Notes under the pieces: model-generated
What the model was told of the DNA's origin: nothing
The model's database searches: none
What the model saw: the letters and a program-made list of their open reading frames with translations, nothing else
Translations under genes and position numbers: made by a program
Shown here: piece after piece, positions 1 through 13,785 of the stretch
How positions within the stretch are numbered: the stretch's first letter is position 1
How the letters are laid out: each line of letters starts with the position of its first letter
Assembly: GCA_964016885.1 (NCBI GenBank)
Contig: OZ024743.1
Span: 310,930,001 to 310,994,000 of the forward strand
Direction: 5' to 3'
Length of the DNA stretch: 64,000 nucleotides
Source of the DNA: Eledone cirrhosa
Taxonomy: Eukaryota

Positions 1-25
1 ATTATGCAAACAGCCTCTTTAAGTC

Positions 26-77
<52 letters not shown>

Positions 78-80
<3 letters not shown>

Positions 81-330
81 CAAGTTCTATGATATAGACC
101 ATGTTTGTAGATCTGACACGTCGTATGGTATATACCATGTTTGTACATCTGGCAAGTCCTATGATATATACCGTGTTTGTACATGTGACCGGTCCTATGA
201 TATATACCATGTTTGTCCATCTGATAAGTCCTATGATATGTAATCTATTAGTACTTCCGACAAGTCCTATGATATGTACCGTAGTAGATCATCTGACAAG
301 TCCTGTGATATATGCCGAATTGTATACATA
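78..330. repeat. 36-bp minisatellite, about 7 diverged copies
   Basis: Consensus about TGACAAGTCCTATGATATATACCATGTTTGTACATC repeated head-to-tail, with no unique spacers. Confidence 0.9.
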
Positions 331-454
331 TGATGTAAACCTCACTCTGCGTTACTTTTTTATTTGTATTGTCCTCAATATCTTGGGTCCTTGTGGCCAA
401 TACAACTAATCATTATTATCATGAATTGGGAGTAATTGGTACAGGTCGGAGATC

Positions 455-627
455 ATGCTTTGCAGCATAGTTTTACGACACTTTACGTTCTGAGTTCAAA
501 TCCTACCGAGGTTAGCTTTGCCTTTCACCCTTACAGAGTTGATAAAGTACCAGTAATACATTGGGGTTGATTTAATAGATTTACCCCTTCTCCAAAATTG
601 TTGGCCATGTGCCTAAATCAGAAACTT

Positions 628-630
<3 letters not shown>
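455..630 (+). mobile_element. tRNA-derived SINE, family A (Nin/Deu-like central domain)
   Basis: B-box-like GAGTTCAAATCC followed by CTTTGCCTTTCA(T/C)CC...GATAAAGTACCAGT and a GTGCCTAAATCAGAAAC tail. The same sequence recurs more than 12 times in the window. Confidence 0.75.
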
Positions 631-668
<38 letters not shown>

Positions 669-914
669 GATAGTATTGTTAGCACAGGATTTAGAGGTAT
701 ACGTTGCAGCATTTAGTTCAAAACACTCCAAGATCAGCTTTGTCTTTCGTCCTTCCAAGGACGACAAAATAAAGTACCAATCAAGCACTAGGGATCAATG
801 TAATCGAGCTTCGCTTTCTCCATAATTATTTGCATTGGGCTAATTTGAATTATACATATACATACATATATACATATACATACAGATACATATATATTCA
901 TATGCATACATATA

Positions 915-1310
915 TAGATGGTGGCTGCCAACTCGTTTTCGAGTATGGCGACTACTTTATATCCATGTAGGAGAACTCCTACCGATGCGCTGAACGAATG
1001 TGACTTTAGTCCAGCCAGCGACTTGAAAACTCTGGTACAAACACTACACTTGTGACAATTATTGACCCATAGTGCTAGGCCCATTGTACCCTGTGACGAC
1101 AAGTGCAGAGAGATCTCCAGATATAAAGCAATGCCAGTACAACCTCTCCCATGGTCGGGTCGTTGGCGACTAAACTGGCAACCCCACTAAGGTTTCTTGG
1201 TGAGGAGGGTGACTTTGGACATCCTGCAGGACTAAAAACAAAACCTGTCAAAGGGCAAAGGAGCTCTTAAGAGTCAATGGCCATCCAAAATTACCGGGAG
1301 AGATGACCCC
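915..1310 (-). mobile_element. Non-autonomous or deleted RTE-LINE derivative (3' tail with C2H2 remnant)
   Basis: Minus strand encodes CSVCTRVFKSLAGLKSH, like the last Zn finger of the 3348-6937 LINE, followed by a GCCATACTCGAAAACGAG..GCAGCCACCATC tail. Segment 1135-1290 is repeated at 2238-2395. Confidence 0.6.
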
Positions 1311-2789
1311 TTAGCCTTTGTCAAGGCAGAATTCTAGGAGAAGGAAAACTCTGATATAACACCTGGAACCCTGATGGTATCCAATGATGTTGACTTGTTC
1401 TTCTTTTTGGTAAATATCATGTTGGTTAAGAGAGTGGGACTGGCTTTGTGCAGTGCCTTTGCTCACTATAAAAGCTTCACGGCACAGGCATTGCTTTATA
1501 TCTGGAGATCTCTCTACATATATAGATAGATAGATATATACATACATAAATACATTCATACATACATACATGCATACAAGATGATGGCTTCAAACTCGTG
1601 TTTGAGAATTGCCATCACCCGATAAAATGCTCAAAAATGTGAGGCACGAATGTGGCTCTTTAAACCAGCCAAAGGGTTGCACACTCTCGCACATACATGA
1701 CAACTATAGGCTCCTCCGGGACTTTCCATTGCTTTGTTCTGGCTGTGTTCTCACGTTTCTTTTAAGACATCTCATGCTAGCACATTCTTTGCCATATTCC
1801 TTACATCTTTTCAGATCATAATCTACCGAGGTCTACTGATATGATTGTGTTTGTGTCTAGTCAAACCAGCTTTGCTCAGGTAGACTCGACCACAGTGTTG
1901 GCAAACCAGATGATGTTCAACAGCAGGCAGTTCAGAACAGTCTGTTCCTTACCTTCCTTTTCAGTGTTAGGTTTTCTCTCCGACGAGTTTCAAAATGTTC
2001 ACTACCTGACTTGATCAAACGTTTCCACTTCACACGCTCCTCAGCCTTTATTCCCATTCGTCAGATGAAATTCCAGCACAGGCCAAGGTGCCCCTGAGAC
2101 AATCCCGGTACTGCATTTTTGGTTTGTGTGGTGGTTGCCTTCCATCACACAGTTCTCCGTAGAGAAGTTGCTTTGGAATACGATCATCAGACATCGATAA
2201 TCGGGCCGCTCTTGAGCGCTACCGGTAACATGTAATCCAGTACAACCTGTTGCATGGTCGGGTCGTAGGCGACAAAACCGGCAACCCCACTGAGCTAGCT
2301 TGGTGAGGAGGGTGGTATTTGGACACCCTCCGAGATGAAAAACAAAACTCAACAAAGGGCGGAGGAACTCAATAGAATCAACGGCCATCCAAATACCGTG
2401 CACATGTGTGTGAGGGTGTATGAGTACTCTATTTGTATATACATATGTATATACATTTTTTTATGTGTTTGTTTCAGATCTCCTCAGGTGTATGTTTGCA
2501 TACGTATACCTTTTGTATACATTTTTAATTCTTTTAACCCTTAATTCTTTTAACTATTTAAATCTTTAAATCCTTCGCCTCTCACTTATCCTCGGATGTT
2601 CAAGAGTGTGTTTTACATATACATTTTAATACTTTTTTCAACGGTGTGTGCACGTGTGCCCGGGAATAGGAAATACCTGGGCTGGCGCGCATCTGCTCAG
2701 ATAGCCCGCTGGAAGTGAGATGCTCCCTTAGCTGTTGTCACAACACATGCATACATATATACATACATCCATACATGCATACATGCATA

Positions 2790-2880
2790 CATGATGATGG
2801 CTGCCCCCTCGTTATCGAGTATGGCCATTGCACGGGGAGAGAAAAAAAAAATTAATAAATAAATAAAAAATAAAAAAGAA

Positions 2881-2935
<55 letters not shown>

Positions 2936-3054
2936 CACATATACATACACATATACACACACACGCATATATACACACACACACACATTAATAACAATAA
3001 TGTATGTGTGTGTGTGTGTATATGCGTATGTGTGTATATATGTATGTATATGTG

Positions 3055-3113
<59 letters not shown>

Positions 3114-3218
3114 CTTTTTTATTTTTATTTTTATTTTATTTTTTATTTATATATTAATTTTTTTTTTCTCTCCTCGTGCAATGACCATACTCGATAACGA
3201 GGGGGCAGCCATCATCAT
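2790..3218. repeat. Local inverted duplication carrying an RTE-type 3' tail on each arm
   Basis: 2790-2990 is the reverse complement of about 3005-3218 (GTGCAATG(G/A)CCATACTCGATAACGAGGGGGCAGCCATCATCAT plus microsatellites). Confidence 0.8.
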
Positions 3219-3347
3219 GTATAATAATAATAATAATAACAACAATAATAATAACGACAACAACAATAATAATATACATATATATATACACACACACGCA
3301 CACACATGAACATATCTATACACACACACACACACACACGATAGCAA

Positions 3348-6300
3348 CTAACAGCGCTGAGATCGAATGTGGCTTTTTAGCCCAGCCAATGATCTAAAAT
3401 GTCTTGCACAGAGTCGGCAACCAAAACATTCACTGGAAATAGTCGGCTGTGGTTGAAGTTCGTGTACTTTTGCATGTCGCTTGAGCCCTCCTGCTGATTT
3501 ACATTCTCTACCACATGTTTGGCAAGCATGATCAGTAGCATCTCCAACAGCAGCCTGGTAGTCAACCACTGGTCTTACTTTATAACTGCGAAGATGACTT
3601 TCGAGTCCAGCTTTGCTTAGGCAGAGTCTTGCACAGACGCTGCATGTCAGCACCATAGGAGGACCCTCGCCGTCTAGAACTGCAACAGCAATGCCCTTCC
3701 TCACATCCCGCTTTACTTTCTCGTATGCGATTCGAGATGCCTCAAAGGCAACTTTTCCCTCATATACAGTTTTTCTCCATTTATTACGATCAGCAGCAAT
3801 ATTTTCCCATCTATCAGCAGAGATGTTAGCGTCTTTCAGAGAGGCTTTCAAGGAATCCTTATACCTCTTTTTTGGTTTATGTGGCGATCGTTTTCCTTTA
3901 ACCAAGTCTCCATAAAAGAGTTGTTTGGGTATTCTAGAATCCTTCATCCTGGCAAGGTGACCACTCCAACGGAGTCGTTGCTTAAGCACAAGAGCTTCTA
4001 TACTATCACACATAGAGCTTTCCAAAATCTCGACATCACTGATGTGGTCCCTCCAGTGAACGCCATGGATCCGGCTGAGACACATCTGATGGAAACGCTC
4101 CAATTGCTTAAGGTGGTTTCGATATGTGACCCAGGTCTCGCAGGCATAATGAAGACAAGAGAGCAGACATGCCCTGTACACCTTTACCTTTATCCTCTTG
4201 CATATGTCTCGCCGACCCCAGAGTCGCCTTTCTAGCTTTCCGAAAGCATCACTTGCTTTCCTAATCCTAAGTGAGATTTCACTGTCAAGGTTGTTGTATC
4301 GATTGACAGTGCTTCCCAGGTAGACAAACTGATCAACCACTCCAAGTCGTTTGCCATATACATAGATGTTTGGTTCAGTGTACTGCTTACCAGGGGCAGG
4401 TTGGTACATGACGGTTTTCTTGAGACTGACAGTCAATCCTAGGGCAGTGCAAGCGTCAGAAAATGCATTCAAAATGTGCTGCATATCACTCTCTGTGCGC
4501 GCTACAAGATCGCAATCATCTGCATACAAGAGGTCTCTTATGATTGATGTAAATACTTTTGTCTTCGCAGCAAAGCACCTGATGTTAAATATGCTGCCTG
4601 AGTTTCGATATCGGATGTAAACACCATGCTCGCAATTCCTGAATGCAATACAGAAAACCATTGCAAAGTATATGGCAAACAGGGTAGGTGCTGGAACATC
4701 CCCCTGTTTCACACCATTTTTTACTGAGATAGGCTCCGACATGTTACCTCCGACATTAACCCAAGCCTTCATGTCGTCATGGAAAGACCTAACTAAAGCA
4801 AGGAACTTATCAGGGCAACCAAGTTTCTGGAGAACCTTCCAGAATGCATCTCTGTTAACAGTATCGAAAGCTTTTGTCAGATCGACAAAAACCTGATACA
4901 GATCCAAGCCTTGTGCCATGCACTTCTCCTGGAGCTGTCTAGCTGAGAAGATCATATCAGTAGTGCCGCGTCCAGCACGAAAACCAGATTGACTTTCAGG
5001 AAGAACACAATCTGCAATGTGTGTCAGCAGACGGTCCAGAAGCATCCTACATAAAACTTTCCCTACGACAGAAAGCAATGATATACCTCTGTAGTTCCCA
5101 CAATCATTCCTGTTACCCTTTCCCTTGCACAAGACCACCATTACTGCATCTCTCCAGTCCTCAGGTACGGATTCATTAGCCCATATCCTGCCAAGCAAAG
5201 AGTGAAGATGTTGCAGGAGTCTCTCACCACCATATTGTAGGAGCTCTGCATGTATGCCATCCATACCTGGATGGCATACATGCATACATGCATACATACA
5301 TGCACTGTTCAGCTTCGAGATAGCCACTGCAACCTCCACAAGCGCTGGAAGGTCTGCGAGAGCTGCTTTCACGGGACTTTCTGGAATGAGATTGAGGAAA
5401 TCTTCATTGACGACAGACGGCTGATTCATAAGCTCATGAAAGTGCTCTCGCCACCTTCGTAGAATTCCTTGTGAGTCACGAAGAAGTTCTTTTCTATCCT
5501 TGCTGCGAAGCGGCGTCACCAGAGAAGAAGACGGTCCATAAACCTCACTCAAGAGACTGTACAACAGTTTTGTGTTATTGGAATCTGACGCAGTTTGTAT
5601 CGCACCAGCCTTCTCACTCCACCACTGATCCTTCATCTGAGAAAGACTCCGCTTAACACGTGATTTTACATCCCTGAGTTCCTCATGCAACGTATTGCTC
5701 TCCTGTGGTTTTGCCGTCAAGTAACGTGACAGAGCACGCCTCTTATCAGCCAACAAGTCTTCGATATGTACATCATTCTCATTAAACCAGTCCTGATGTT
5801 TTCTCTGCACCAATCCCAGAACACGCCTGCCTACATCATAAACCGACTTTTTAAGGGTCGGCCAATCCTCACCAAGATCTGCAGCCTGCATCTCTTCTTC
5901 CAATGTCCTCTTCACATTTGTATCCTTAAGACGAGCAGCATTCAATCTTTTGGGCAGGGCAACACCAGGAGCCCGGATTTTACGTTTAGTGATTAGTTTC
6001 ACTTTTGCGCGTACCAGGCGGTGGTTCGTCCAGCACTCAGCTCCACGAAGAGCACGAACACACTGCACATCCTGTCTGTCACGCATCCTGACTAGGACGT
6101 AGTCCAAAAGATGCCATTCCTTAGATGCAGGATGCATCCATGTGGTCTTGAATTTGTTCTTTTGTTGGAACATGGTGTTGGTAACACACAAATCCAGCTC
6201 CTCACACATCTGCAGCAGGAGCATACCATTGTTGTTACACTTTCCCACCCCATGCCTTCCGATTACATTCCATGTGTTAAAATCCCTACCCACTCTAGCA

Positions 6301-6835
6301 TTAAAGTCACCAAGCACGATGACTTTGTCTGCCTGAGGGATATTTCTTAAAACACCTTTCAAGGCATGGTAAAAGGACACTTTTTGTTCATCGACAGATT
6401 CATAGTTGGAGCATACACACTCACCAGGGTCGCATATCTTCCTTTGTCCAGCGGAATTCTCATGAAAATAAGACGCTCACTAATCCCTACTGGGAATTCT
6501 TCTAATTTATTCACAAGTACAGTCTTAACAGCAAATCCCACCCCAGCCTCTCTTCTGGTTCCTTCATCTCTTCCTTTCCAGAAGAATGTATATTCTCCAC
6601 AAAATTCTGTAAGATGACCATCTCCAGCTAACCTCGTCTCAGATAAAGCCACGATGCCAAGATCGTAACGTCGAAGCTCCTTTGCAACAAGAGCGGTCCT
6701 TCGTTCAGGACGCTCCAAGGAATCCCTGTCAAGCAGCGTCCGTACGTTCAAGCAGCCAAGACTAAATGCCTTGTTTGGCTCTATTACAATGGCACAATGA
6801 CGAGCGGGCCCAGGCTGTGATAACCTGGGGCCCCT
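3348..6835 (-). mobile_element. RTE-clade (BovB-like) LINE ORF: APE endonuclease + reverse transcriptase + C-terminal Zn fingers; one frameshift near 6395
   Basis: EN motifs LNVRTL, ALSETR, VYAPT, LGDFNARVG, LLDYVLV. RT motifs NYRGISLLS, QSGFR, FVDLTKAFD, GVKQG, LYADD, FVYLGS, LRWSGH. ORFs 6359-6937 and 3348-6380 join if one base is restored in ..PTMN-x-VDEQKVSFY. Confidence 0.95.
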
Positions 6836-6942
6836 GCCCTTATTGCCAATTATCTTTTTTGTTCCAGAACCTAAATTGCCAATTATCTCTTTTATATTGT
6901 TCTGGAACATCATTGAATTGAAAAAAAAAAAAAGCAATAATA

Positions 6943-6973
<31 letters not shown>

Positions 6974-6999
6974 TAGTACACTATTAATAATTATTAATG

Positions 7000-7280
7000 C
7001 ACTCGTGCAATGCCTGTGCGTGACGAATATTTTTAAAGTGAGGAAAGACTGTGCACTGAGCCAATCCCACTTTCTGAGGGACAGTAGCTATAACCCGAAA
7101 AGAAGAAAAGATCAACATCATCGGTAACTACTGAGCCGCAGGTTTTATGTCGGAGTTAACCCAGTTTCCTGAGATGCCTTCTCCTAGAAGAATGCCCTGA
7201 CAAGGGCTAGGGGTTCTTCACTCCCAGTGGTTTAACTGCGCGATCGGACATCTAGCCCTATTATTTCTATGTCTCCGCGC
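7000..7280 (-). mobile_element. Probable 5' UTR of the RTE LINE
   Basis: GC-richer non-coding block directly upstream of the EN domain, separated from it by an (AAT)n/poly-A insert. The assignment is positional only. Confidence 0.4.
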
Positions 7281-7434
7281 AAAAGAAAAAAAAAAAAAAA
7301 AAAATCTCACTTATTGACACTTATACGTACGACATACACACACGCGCATACATATGCGCGCAGACACACGCATACATACGCGCGCACACAGCAACACTCA
7401 TACATACAAAGAAACACACACACGCTACTCACTT

Positions 7435-7500
<66 letters not shown>

Positions 7501-7609
7501 CCGTCATTACTGATATAAGATTACAAGAGTATGTCAACTGTTGACTTTCAAGAGTTTGTATAGTTGAAGCCGATCGTATTACAGTCCAGTATTAATATAA
7601 TTGCTTTTC

Positions 7610-7760
7610 AGCATAGAGTTATGGCTCTCCACGCTCTGAGCTTAAATCCCGCCGAGGTCATCCTTGCCTTTCATCCCCACGGAGTCAACAAAATAGAGTA
7701 CCAGTGATGCGCTGGGCCAGTCGCTGGATCCGTGCCAAAAGCAGAAAAATTATTATTAAA
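7610..7760 (+). mobile_element. SINE family A, degenerate
   Basis: CTGAGCTTAAATCCCGCCGAGGTCA..TTGCCTTTCATCC..GTACCAGT. Confidence 0.65.
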
Positions 7761-8062
7761 GTTGTTTTCTTAAGGCCCGGTCGCTGGTGATGGTGATGGG
7801 GGCGGTGGTGGCGGTGGTGGCGGTGGTGGTGGTGGCAGTTGTTGTTGTGTTGTGTGCGTGTGTGTGTGTGTTTTGTTATTTTGAGTTTTTTGTTTGTTTG
7901 TGTTTTTTTTGTGTGTTTTTTTTATCTTTTGATGCCGCTGTTGTTGTTGTTGTAAATGTTCATTTCAATTCATTCTGAAGCTGTTGTTGCTGTAAACATT
8001 AGTGCCGGTGTTGTTGTAGATGTTGGGGTTGAAATCTGGTCGTTTGACTGAATGATGTATAT

Positions 8063-8124
<62 letters not shown>

Positions 8125-8800
8125 TCAACACAGAGTAGAGAGTTTGACAACAGGTCGATGACTTTAGTCTAGATAGGATAATGACATGTGATGGTGGGAG
8201 AGAGTGTAGACGTTATTGTGGTGGTGGAGGACAGTGAGATGTATCTACTTCATTTGTCCGTTTTCTTCTCTTTGCAAAATTTGAATTTTAGCCATGTTAT
8301 ATTGAGATATAAGTAAATGTAAAATGTAAAATATAAATAAGGATTGCTCTGGTAAAATATACTAAAATATTTGTGTAACTTTCACAAACTTCTGTCGTGA
8401 CATTCCCGAGTCCAGTGACCAAAAAATTGTTGTATTTTGATGTTTCAGAAAACAAAAATTAATTAAAAACTTACCCCACGAAAAGACAGCGTGTGTTGTC
8501 CTATCTATAAGCTCCCTCATACATGCATACATACATACATACATACATACATACATACATACATACATACATACATACATACATACATACATACATACAT
8601 ACATACATACATACATACATTCGTACGTACGTACGTACGTACACATACATATACATACCTACCCCTATATTATTGACGGACGAGTAATCAATACCAAAGT
8701 AAAGTTTGAATATTCATTAATTATGGCTAAATAGTGTGTCTTGTTAGTCTGGAGTTTCACCTGCGCACTTACAGGATAATAAGTTAAGACGAACCTGCGA

Positions 8801-8841
<41 letters not shown>

Positions 8842-9099
8842 TATATATATATATATGGTTTTAAGAAGAGGTAAGAAACTCTCAGGGGAACTCGACAGCA
8901 GGACTTCAGAGAAATAAAACCTCCTCTCCAGCTAGTGTTTTGGCCCCTAACTTCTTACACTCCATGGGAGCGGGGCCATCCAGGTCATGACTCCTGATAT
9001 TTAGCTATTCGGAAATCGGAGACTTGCTGTGTATTTAAACCGTATGGATATTTATTGATATATTACCGCCAACACAACAAACTACTGACTCAGAGTTAC

Positions 9100-9745
9100 T
9101 TCCCTTAGCGTACGTTAAAATACAAACACAATGCTTCTCGCGTGGTATGGAGGTCGTTTTTGTTCCACCCCTAACTTCTTTCCTCTGCTTCTGATATTAC
9201 CTTTATGGCTTTGGTCCTTGTCTTCCAGGACACAGAATGTTCTTAAATGAGATTTTAGGCAGATATGCCAAGAGATCCACTTGCTCCAAATTCTATAATG
9301 TGAGCTTTAACACTGAAGTTGGTTTCCCTCAGGGTATTGGCCGAACTGGTTTATTTTTTGGTTTTGAATAAGCGTTCTTCTTCTAATCTACTTTCAAATG
9401 GCACGGCAAGTTCAATCAAAATCATCTGTTTTCATGAACTGGAATGGAGTACTGTATCCGGCCTCAAGCCACTTTTTCTGATGATTTCAGGATATTTTGC
9501 TAACCTCCGGAGTTCTGCTGTACACTCCCCAGAAGTCCGCACCACCCAGAAAACTCGATCCCGTGCCATTTATGCCTTAGTTTTTCCTGGCCATGATTTA
9601 CTGCCTCTTGTCGTATAAAATGTTGTTGGAGATCCTCGTACTACGGATTTACTTTTGTAGAACGTATCACATGTACAATCTCCTTCAGCTCTTCATTGTG
9701 TCTCAACGTGTATCTACCCTGGGCTAGCGTTACGCTGCAAGAGTA
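9100..9745 (-). mobile_element. Decayed 3' fragment of an RLE-type non-LTR retrotransposon (Hero/NeSL/R4-like)
   Basis: Minus strand: [15 protein letters not shown], then GLRPDTVL..ILIELAVPFESRLEEERLFK. These match the CCHC-adjacent RHN motif and the PD..E restriction-like endonuclease motif. Stops are present. Confidence 0.8.
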
Positions 9746-9763
9746 TATATAAATAAATAAATA

Positions 9764-9859
<96 letters not shown>

Positions 9860-9861
<2 letters not shown>

Positions 9862-10057
9862 TTGAAAAAAATGAAAACGAAATTTCATTTCTCACTCTTA
9901 GTATGGCACTTACTTAAAAAAAAAAAAAAAAGGTGACGTGGTTGCCTTAACACCGTATGGCATAAATTCAGGCTGTTCAGTTTGTTGACAAACGAACAAA
10001 GTGGCGTTATAATAGGCGTCCGCTAAACTGATGCGTGCATATATGTATGTGTACCGG

Positions 10058-10117
<60 letters not shown>

Positions 10118-10172
10118 TGCTACTGTACGTCTGTATACATATATGTATGTACGTATGCATACATACTTACAT
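9860..10172. mobile_element. Short two-armed copy of the 491-bp HHR element family
   Basis: 9860-9916 matches the element 3' end on the minus strand, and 9927-10172 matches it on the plus strand (compare 26420-26670). Both outer ends abut (TA)n. Confidence 0.85.
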
Positions 10173-10297
10173 TTATATATATATATATATATATATATAC
10201 ATACATATATATATACGCATAAACACACACACACACATATATATAGCATCGGGTGCTCAGTTTGGTGAACTAGCAGTAACTTGACGTTACAAACCCT

Positions 10298-10353
<56 letters not shown>

Positions 10354-10699
10354 ATATAAATTTAGGTTTATATTACACAAGGAAATCATTTTTTTTTTCA
10401 AATTAAAAAGAATAATTTTGAACGTTTGTACTTGACCGGTTTAGCTTCAAATAATTTTTCAACTACAATAGTACAAAAGCTATTATTTTTTATGGGGATT
10501 TTTTTTTTGCTGCCATGAACTTAGCATATATATCAAATAAAATTACATTACGTGCTTTTTTCAATTCTCTATCGTTTTTCCTATATAGCACGATTTGTAC
10601 AGAAATTCTTAATATTCCAACATTTTGATTCTCTCTCTCTCCCTCTCTCTCTCTTTCTCTCTCTCTCTCTCTGTATATATATAAATGTGTGTGTGTGTG

Positions 10700-11395
<696 letters not shown>

Positions 11396-11789
11396 ACACT
11401 TTGAAAAATAATACCTAAAACTGCTAACTGTATAATATTTTAATTTACATGTTTCAATCTTAATATTGGGTACTCAATAATAGGGATATTTAGAATTACA
11501 TAAGATATATATAATTATCAGCGTTTGGTTTTATTTTCCACAGTATTTCATGCTCTACCTGTATAAACGTTCCTATTAAGATTTCATACATTTTAATAAA
11601 ATTATGTGTAGTCTCATATAGAGTTTATTACAATAAATCTCTTATTTCTTAGCTTTATAACTTCTTTACCTACAATCATCTGTTTTCGTATTTAAAGACG
11701 AATTACTTTATACTTATATATATACATATATGAACGTATGGATAGATTCGACAGTTTCGACATAACTATGAGATCCAGCGACTCCACAC

Positions 11790-12960
11790 AGGTGACGGAC
11801 CTAGTGGGAATATTTCTCCTGCAACAGTTGTCGGAGGAATTTGTAGAGACGATGCCTTTCTTACGTTTCGTTCACTCAAACCTAAACATCTAGAGAGAAT
11901 GACGAAACGTATTAGGTATTTTTTAAACAATACAAATTGACGGTAGATATAGACCACAAGACACAGACGGCGAACTTCCTAAATGTGACCCCGACCGTAC
12001 CACAAACCAAATGAAAATTTGCAGTACATAAGTAGACACTCAAACCATCCCAAGACTATAGTTAACTCTATAGTTAAAGGAGTTTCTAACCGAGTGTCTA
12101 CCTTGTCAGCCAATGCCGAAGTATTCAGGCAGCATGCCGAATATTATAATGAAGCACTAGCTAGGGCTGGTTATGTAGAATGTATTAATTACATCCCTGA
12201 GCCAGACAGCCTAAACGCAAGGAACCTAGGTACCCGAGTTGTAGCAGTACAGGCAACGACCGACATATTAACCACGGATGACTACGTAATGACAAGCTCC
12301 GGGACGGTAGTAGTGAGAGGAATACCAACATGACAGATGAATATAATACGGGACTGGGGAACGATAGGCTGCATAACACGCGAAACCAGGAACACATCAG
12401 CAACATACCGGAAGATAGGAATGTTAGAAATAGGGACACAACACGGTCAAAACGTAAGGACAAAAAAGGCAGCGATACAGGATGCTAAGCAGACAACGTA
12501 GGGACATTGGAACCGCACACCAGCAACTATTGTAGTATAGTAAATAGGAATAGAAATAAATATCATGTCTTAAATACTCCAGGCTCTCGTATAGGCAATA
12601 ACCACGACAACTCTCGTACCGAATTGATAGACCTAGCAATATTCAACATAGTAGTGAAACAATAACGACAAATACCGTAGCAGCACACAACACGCCAACA
12701 TACCTATACCACGAATGCATAGAGGACACGCTAAGAACAGATCGAGAAATGGTTCAATGCGACTTACTCTAAGCATTTACGGACCAACATCACCGGGATA
12801 TTCTTCAAGGCACTGGATGAGTGTTTCTCAACTACCCATAAATACTGTAAACTGTTCAACCGTCACACTGTGAAATTCTCATTTTTAACAGCACCCAACT
12901 TAGGTGATTATATTGTTAGCACCAATTGCGTGAAATTGAAGAATTACGAGTGGTTCTGTA
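11790..12960 (+). mobile_element. Degenerate Naiad-type Penelope-like retroelement fragment (RT C-terminus, thumb, linker)
   Basis: GGICRDDAF, ANFLNVT, KPNENLQYISRHSNHPKTI..NEALARAGY, then WFNATYS..NITGIFFKALDECF..HKY.KLFNRHTVKFSF..PNL. Frameshifted. Confidence 0.85.
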
Positions 12961-13192
12961 ATATATAAGGGAAAGAAATTTAAAAGGCAACTGGAGTCTT
13001 TTAAGAATATTTATTTATTTATTTATTTTACCGGTTTCATAGTTCTTATGATTTTCAAAAGAAAAATTGAGATGGAGGGTTTGTGTATCTGTTGTGGCTT
13101 GTCTCGAGACAAACCCTCCATCTCAATTTTCAATTTCTTTTCCCTATACTTTCACCCGTGTGGGACAGCGATTTTTAAAAAAAAATTCATGT

Positions 13193-13283
<91 letters not shown>

Positions 13284-13550
13284 CCCCTCTCCTACCGAGC
13301 ACAGGAAGATATATGTATGTATATTGCTTCCACCCCCTCACTGACCAGCAGCTGGCCTTCTGGCCATTGCTAAATTTGACCTTTATAAAATAACCCACAC
13401 CCCAAATAACTTCTCATTCACTACCAGAAGCAGTCAACGAGTTGCTACCAAGATGAAAACTACTATGAAATCCCACAATTAATTCTATACTTGAATTTTC
13501 AAATCTCAAATTTTAACTCTTCTTATTATTAATTTTTCTTAATATTAATC

Positions 13551-13598
13551 AACATTTGAAAAGATGGCTTTTGCAGACCCATCGAAACCGGTCATTTT
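13551..13598 (+). ncRNA. Minimal hammerhead-like motif, U3-A8 core variant
   Basis: AACAT-TTGAAAA-GATGG..CCATC-GAAA-C-CG-GTC-ATTTT: 5-bp stem II, palindromic ACCGGT loop III, imperfect stem I. Confidence 0.5.
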
Positions 13599-13718
13599 TT
13601 ATACCCTTTATAATTATATGTTTTTTCACAAAAAAGTATTCTGTCTCTTATATATTCCATGTGCCATTACCAACCTCAATTTTCTCTATAACCTTCGTTT
13701 TGTGTAGTAAATTACACT

Positions 13719-13784
<66 letters not shown>

Positions 13785-13785
<1 letters not shown>

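Noticed and set aside
78-330. 36-bp periodic repeat resembling a CRISPR array in unit length
   Set aside because: The units are contiguous with no unique spacers, no cas genes are present, and the context is eukaryotic; it is a minisatellite.
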